In this document: in pieces, positions 61,101-64,000 of the stretch
How the letters are laid out: every line of letters begins with the position of its first letter
Numbering within the stretch: position 1 is the stretch's first letter
DNA from: Phallusia mammillata
Taxonomy: Eukaryota
DNA length: 64,000 nucleotides
Assembly: GCA_965637545.1 (NCBI GenBank)
Contig: OZ281498.1
Location: 18,600,001-18,664,000 of the forward strand
Direction of reading: 5' to 3'
Notes under the pieces: model-generated
Databases searched by the model: none
What the model was told of the DNA's origin: nothing
Seen by the model: only the letters and a program-made list of their open reading frames with translations
Position numbers and translations under genes: made by a program

Positions 61101-63600
61101 AAATAAACATTTCCCGAACTTGTGATTTAAACATGATGAAATGTTTATTTTATTAATTTGTTTGTGCCATTTTTAAAATTATTTGCATTAAGTAGTGATA
61201 TATGTTGAACTTTACATAACTTATTTCGGTACCAGTAAAAATAATTTTCTCATCGGTGTCATATATATCGAAACGTAGAGCAACAATATATTTGTCAAGA
61301 ACGATTACTTACTCTATTTCCGTAGCAAACTAAAGAATTGCAGGCTGTTATATGAATGTGGAGTTATGACCAATTTGCCGAAGTCGTTACATTGAAAAAT
61401 ATATTTACATCTATTTTAGGTATGTGGGTAGAAGCGCTTGGTTGACAATTGTTATGTTGTTTGTAGGGTCGAAAAGGGACAGCGGGAAAACGCGGAAAGC
61501 CTGGTTTACCGGGAAGCAAGGGATTGCGTGGATTTAAAGGAATACGCGGAGAGCCGGGAGGCGTGGTTTGTTGCACATTACTTTTTTTCTTACTGTTTTA
61601 GGGGGTAAGCATGCTACGTATTTGGTAACAAAAAATAGCCTTGCGTCTTCAGTGCGGTCAAAAGGAGTAATTTTTGACCCACTTTCTGTTTTTGCGCGTC
61701 GTAGTATCCCCGCAGTTTATTTATAGCCGGTCACCACTTGCATGCAAAGTGAAACTTGATACTCAAATACAGATACGCTATCAGTGTCTGAATCAAACCA
61801 CTAAAGATCAGCACCGTCGTTAGAACTTTCATTTTTGGTCTCATGGTGATGAATAATACTGATACGCAAAACATATCTTGCCACAACGTAGTGGGAAATG
61901 AAAAAATGACCTATAATCGAAAAAGACACTAATAATGATGACACTAAAAATGATGGTACCGTATCATAAGTCATTGTTGGAACGTAGTTCTACAAAATTA
62001 CTTTTTTTGGCTTGGGGATTTGGCTACTGGTTTTATATAACCCTTTCGGGTTCAACTGGTTGCAAGCTACATTGCTTAATTTTTTTCTCAAGCAGAACGT
62101 AAGTGTTTCACAAAGAACCCTTTTAATTTTGTTTGTTTTTGATAATTCACTGCACGAAAAGCCTAGACCAGGGATCATATAACAGAATGACCGACCTTAA
62201 AGGCAAACCAGCATCAATGTGAAAATACAGCGGTTGTTTTTTTACCTACGATTGTTTGCGGTATGTTTGTGGATATAATTTGTTTCAATAAACTTGTTTT
62301 TGTGCAGGGTAAAAGAGCTAGCAGAGGTCTACCAGGAATACCTGGCTTTAAAGGAGATCAGGTAAATAGATAAAACTTAAGGAAAACAGGATCATTTAGT
62401 TCGTTGATTGCTGGATGTAGACTAATTCAACCTCACGTCAGTTGATTTAATTTCATAAAAAAACATTGAATTATTCTACCATAACTTTTTTAAATGTATA
62501 TATTACGCAAGCATAAAATCAGACCGGTACGCACAAAATGTCTAACAGCCAGCCAAAATTTACATAGTTTTTTGTTTTTGTTTTAAAGTTTTCCATCTTT
62601 GAAACTGCCGCGTTTTGATGTTTTCCCAGTTTGAATTAACAAGCTTAAACCTGTGTTTTAGGGTGACAGAGGACGCCGTGGTCGTCAAGGCGTCCGTGGA
62701 CCAACCGGACCACCAGGCCCACCTGGTCCTCCGGGACCTTTAGGACCGCCAGGCCCAAGAGGAGAGCAGGTTTGATGAATTTGTGACAATATTTGACTTG
62801 ATTGGTTTGCTATTAATAATGGCGTCACCTCAGGGCAAGGTCAACACATGAGATTATCATAGGTTGTTAAGTTATTTTTTGTTACGTTGTAAAAAGAGTG
62901 TCGACCAAGCTCGTTAAACTTGGTTACGCTATTTATTAGCCCTATTGCAATAACCTGACATCAGTATTCAAAGTTATCTTGTAAGTTATTATAATATGTT
63001 AAATTAGTCAAATTGGCCACATGGCCACCTCAGCGCAACTGCCGATTTCCTAGAAATACTTCGCTTCAGCGAAAACAGAAAATGAGATTTAAGATGTTAG
63101 AGATTGGTACCAAATAACGAAGTAGCGGTACTTACAAAGTGTCATTACATTTGGGAGCTATAAGGTGTCGTATATTAAATCATCCATATTTAAGACATGT
63201 AAAATCCCCAAAAGACGGAGTGAAATCAATTCAAATACACCTTAGAACAGAAGTAGGGCTTCGTAGCAGGTTACACGTAGCATGCAGCATTAAGGTAAGG
63301 TAAAAATGCCTTTTCCCACTTAAACCTCGTCTCAGTGGACAGCAACGATCGGACAAGTGCTTCTTGTCTTCATAACAAACATTCGGCTCCCGCACTTAAC
63401 AGTTCACACTCATCAATAAGGAAGTTGTTCACTTAAGGGCCTATCAAGTGCTATAGAAACGTTGACAACAAAAATCCTGCCCGTTTTGAATTTCCTTCTG
63501 TTGTTTTTGGCGACACATTTTTTAATTCCTAGCCTTTGGTTTTTAGGGCCCACGAGGCAAAGGCGGTTTTCAAGGACAAAAAGGGCCTCCTGGTCTTGCG
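37131..63600 (+). CDS. Fibrillar collagen alpha chain, 5' portion (signal peptide, N-propeptide, minor helix, N-telopeptide, first 327 residues of the major helix); continues beyond the window
   Basis: Exons 37131-37619, 48295-48324, 48730-48765, 48971-49075, 50332-50373, 50534-50605, 50755-50808, 53259-53366, 54182-54235, 54651-54704, 54765-54809, 55211-55264, 56551-56595, 56740-56793, 57298-57342, 58858-58911, 60381-60425, 61467-61565, 62308-62361, 62662-62769, 63547-63600. All introns are phase-0 GT-AG. Gly-X-Y exons of 54/45/99/108 nt follow the fibrillar register. Joining exon 1 across the 10.7-kb intron is inferred from phase and the signal peptide. Confidence 0.9.
37780..38349. mobile_element. 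hAT MITE lacking its right TIR, in collagen intron 1
   Basis: Left end caggggtcgctaaccttt..aaagagcca; subterminal gagccgca repeats at ~38320-38349; no closing TIR or TSD found. Confidence 0.55.
42775..43233. mobile_element. hAT MITE
   Basis: TIR cagtggttcccaaact / agtttgggaacccctg; 8-bp TSD tcttagac / tcttcgac (7/8). Confidence 0.88.
43957..45187. mobile_element. Non-autonomous piggyBac-type element (1.23 kb)
   Basis: TTAA on both sides (43953-43956, 45188-45191); TIR ccctttcactgcc / ggcagttaaaggg (12/13) with CCC...GGG termini; no recognisable transposase. Confidence 0.85.
45571..45637. mobile_element. Orphan right end of a hAT MITE
   Basis: Three gcgaccca subterminal repeats followed by tttgcggacccctg; no matching left end seen. 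Confidence 0.6.
49490..49513. repeat. (AT)12 microsatellite
   Basis: Read directly from the sequence. Confidence 0.95.
52872..53081. mobile_element. Foldback Penelope-like terminal remnant (family A) in a collagen intron
   Basis: Inverted arms ~52872-52933 and ~52991-53064; three copies of agcatttgcc(g/a)aaa, one on - and two on +; tail ttatgaacagatccgt, shared with the 9.2-kb and 26.5-kb loci. Confidence 0.72.
52908..52948 (-). ncRNA. Minimal type-I hammerhead motif (family A), core intact
   Basis: Minus strand reads auca CUGAUGA u ggca-ugagcauu-ugcc GAAA C GUU| uaaa. Sister copies read GAAACGUU|ugau (9.16 kb) and AAAACGUC|ugaa (53.0 kb), which restores stem I in the consensus. Confidence 0.75.
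55508..55549 (+). ncRNA. Hammerhead motif (family C), core G8->A, sense in a collagen intron
   Basis: auc CUGAUAA a ggcgucuu-guau-agggcguc GAAA C GUC| gau, followed by AATAAA at 55557-55562. Confidence 0.7.
55690..55818 (-). mobile_element. Old tRNA-derived SINE fragment
   Basis: Minus strand gcggcccagatgactcaagttg..cacaaggttgcgggttctaatct: degenerate A and B boxes at tRNA-like spacing; no TSD resolved. Confidence 0.55.
58603..58719. repeat. Foldback made from the family-D hammerhead tail
   Basis: Arms actgcaggaaatttcagagtgaaaaacac / gtgtttttcactctgaaattgcctgcagt, homologous to 23476-23523 including aaatacagcg(a/t)ctga; core absent. Confidence 0.72.
59100..59208. mobile_element. 109-bp Ac/Ds-like hAT MITE
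   Basis: Termini tagggatgtgccga / ttggcccagctcta; 8-bp TSD gttagctt / attagctt (7/8). Confidence 0.6.
59918..60292. repeat. Near-perfect 241-bp palindrome plus an older tandem copy of one arm
   Basis: 117-bp arms 59918-60034 and 60042-60158 with one mismatch and a 7-nt loop; diverged direct copy at ~60175-60292. Confidence 0.95.
60959..61129 (-). mobile_element. Foldback element with a family-B-like hammerhead motif in the loop (61021-61056)
   Basis: 55-bp arms 60959-61013 and 61075-61129 (1 mismatch). The minus-strand loop reads gaca CUAAAGA u gcu-uuuu-agc GAAA uua AUU| uguu (G5->A). Confidence 0.72.
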
Positions 63601-64000
63601 GTATGTTTTCTTTTCTCTTGTTTGTAACTGTGTTTAAATCGTATTCGATTTTTATTGCATTTGTTTTGGTAACTTGTTTTTAATGGCTTTTGCATTTTGC
63701 ATGTTTTAAATAAATGCTATGTGTTTTTGGACCAAGCTCTTTGGAACTCTTTTTTATGTTACGCTTGTCAAAACTACGGTATCTTTTTAACAAACATGGG
63801 TGTTTGTGTCGATTGTTTTCCCTATATTGGAAAAAATGCTTAAAAAATTGTAAAGCACCTTAGAATTGTGATAATTTCACTAGTTGTCTTGGGGCATATT
63901 CTCTAGTAGTTTTATGTCTTTTTTGTATGAAGCTTCTTATGGTTACTTATTGTGCCTTGAATGCGCTTTTGAACGTTTTTTATTCTATTATCTTTCTGTA

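Noticed and set aside
1-64000. CRISPR arrays, rRNA, intact tRNA genes, intact transposase or RT ORFs
   Set aside because: None seen; the tRNA-like sequences lack a complete cloverleaf and behave as SINEs.

Overview
AT-rich eukaryotic (animal) genomic DNA with short GT-AG introns. It is most likely an invertebrate chordate such as an ascidian; this is an inference from gene content and style, not a proven assignment. Three intron-containing genes can be assembled by hand on the + strand: a Rab12-like GTPase (7 coding exons, 10571-16275, 276 aa), a Prrx paired-class homeobox gene (7 coding exons, 22560-27005, 439 aa) and the 5' part of a fibrillar collagen (21 exons from 37131, running off the window). 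Most ORFs in the supplied track are noise or exon fragments. Non-coding DNA holds many DNA-transposon derivatives with verifiable TIRs and TSDs (hAT, piggyBac, Chapaev, probable MULE), tRNA-derived SINEs and long foldbacks. The most notable signal is a set of about seven minimal type-I hammerhead-ribozyme motifs of the Penelope-like-element kind, in several sequence families. Most sit inside short foldback elements formed by an inverted copy of their own 3' tail, and several lie in Prrx and collagen introns. The collagen is also unusual: a non-vWFC/non-TSPN N-propeptide with a 5-Trp WxxW ladder, two Gly substitutions in the helix and missing canonical cross-link lysines.
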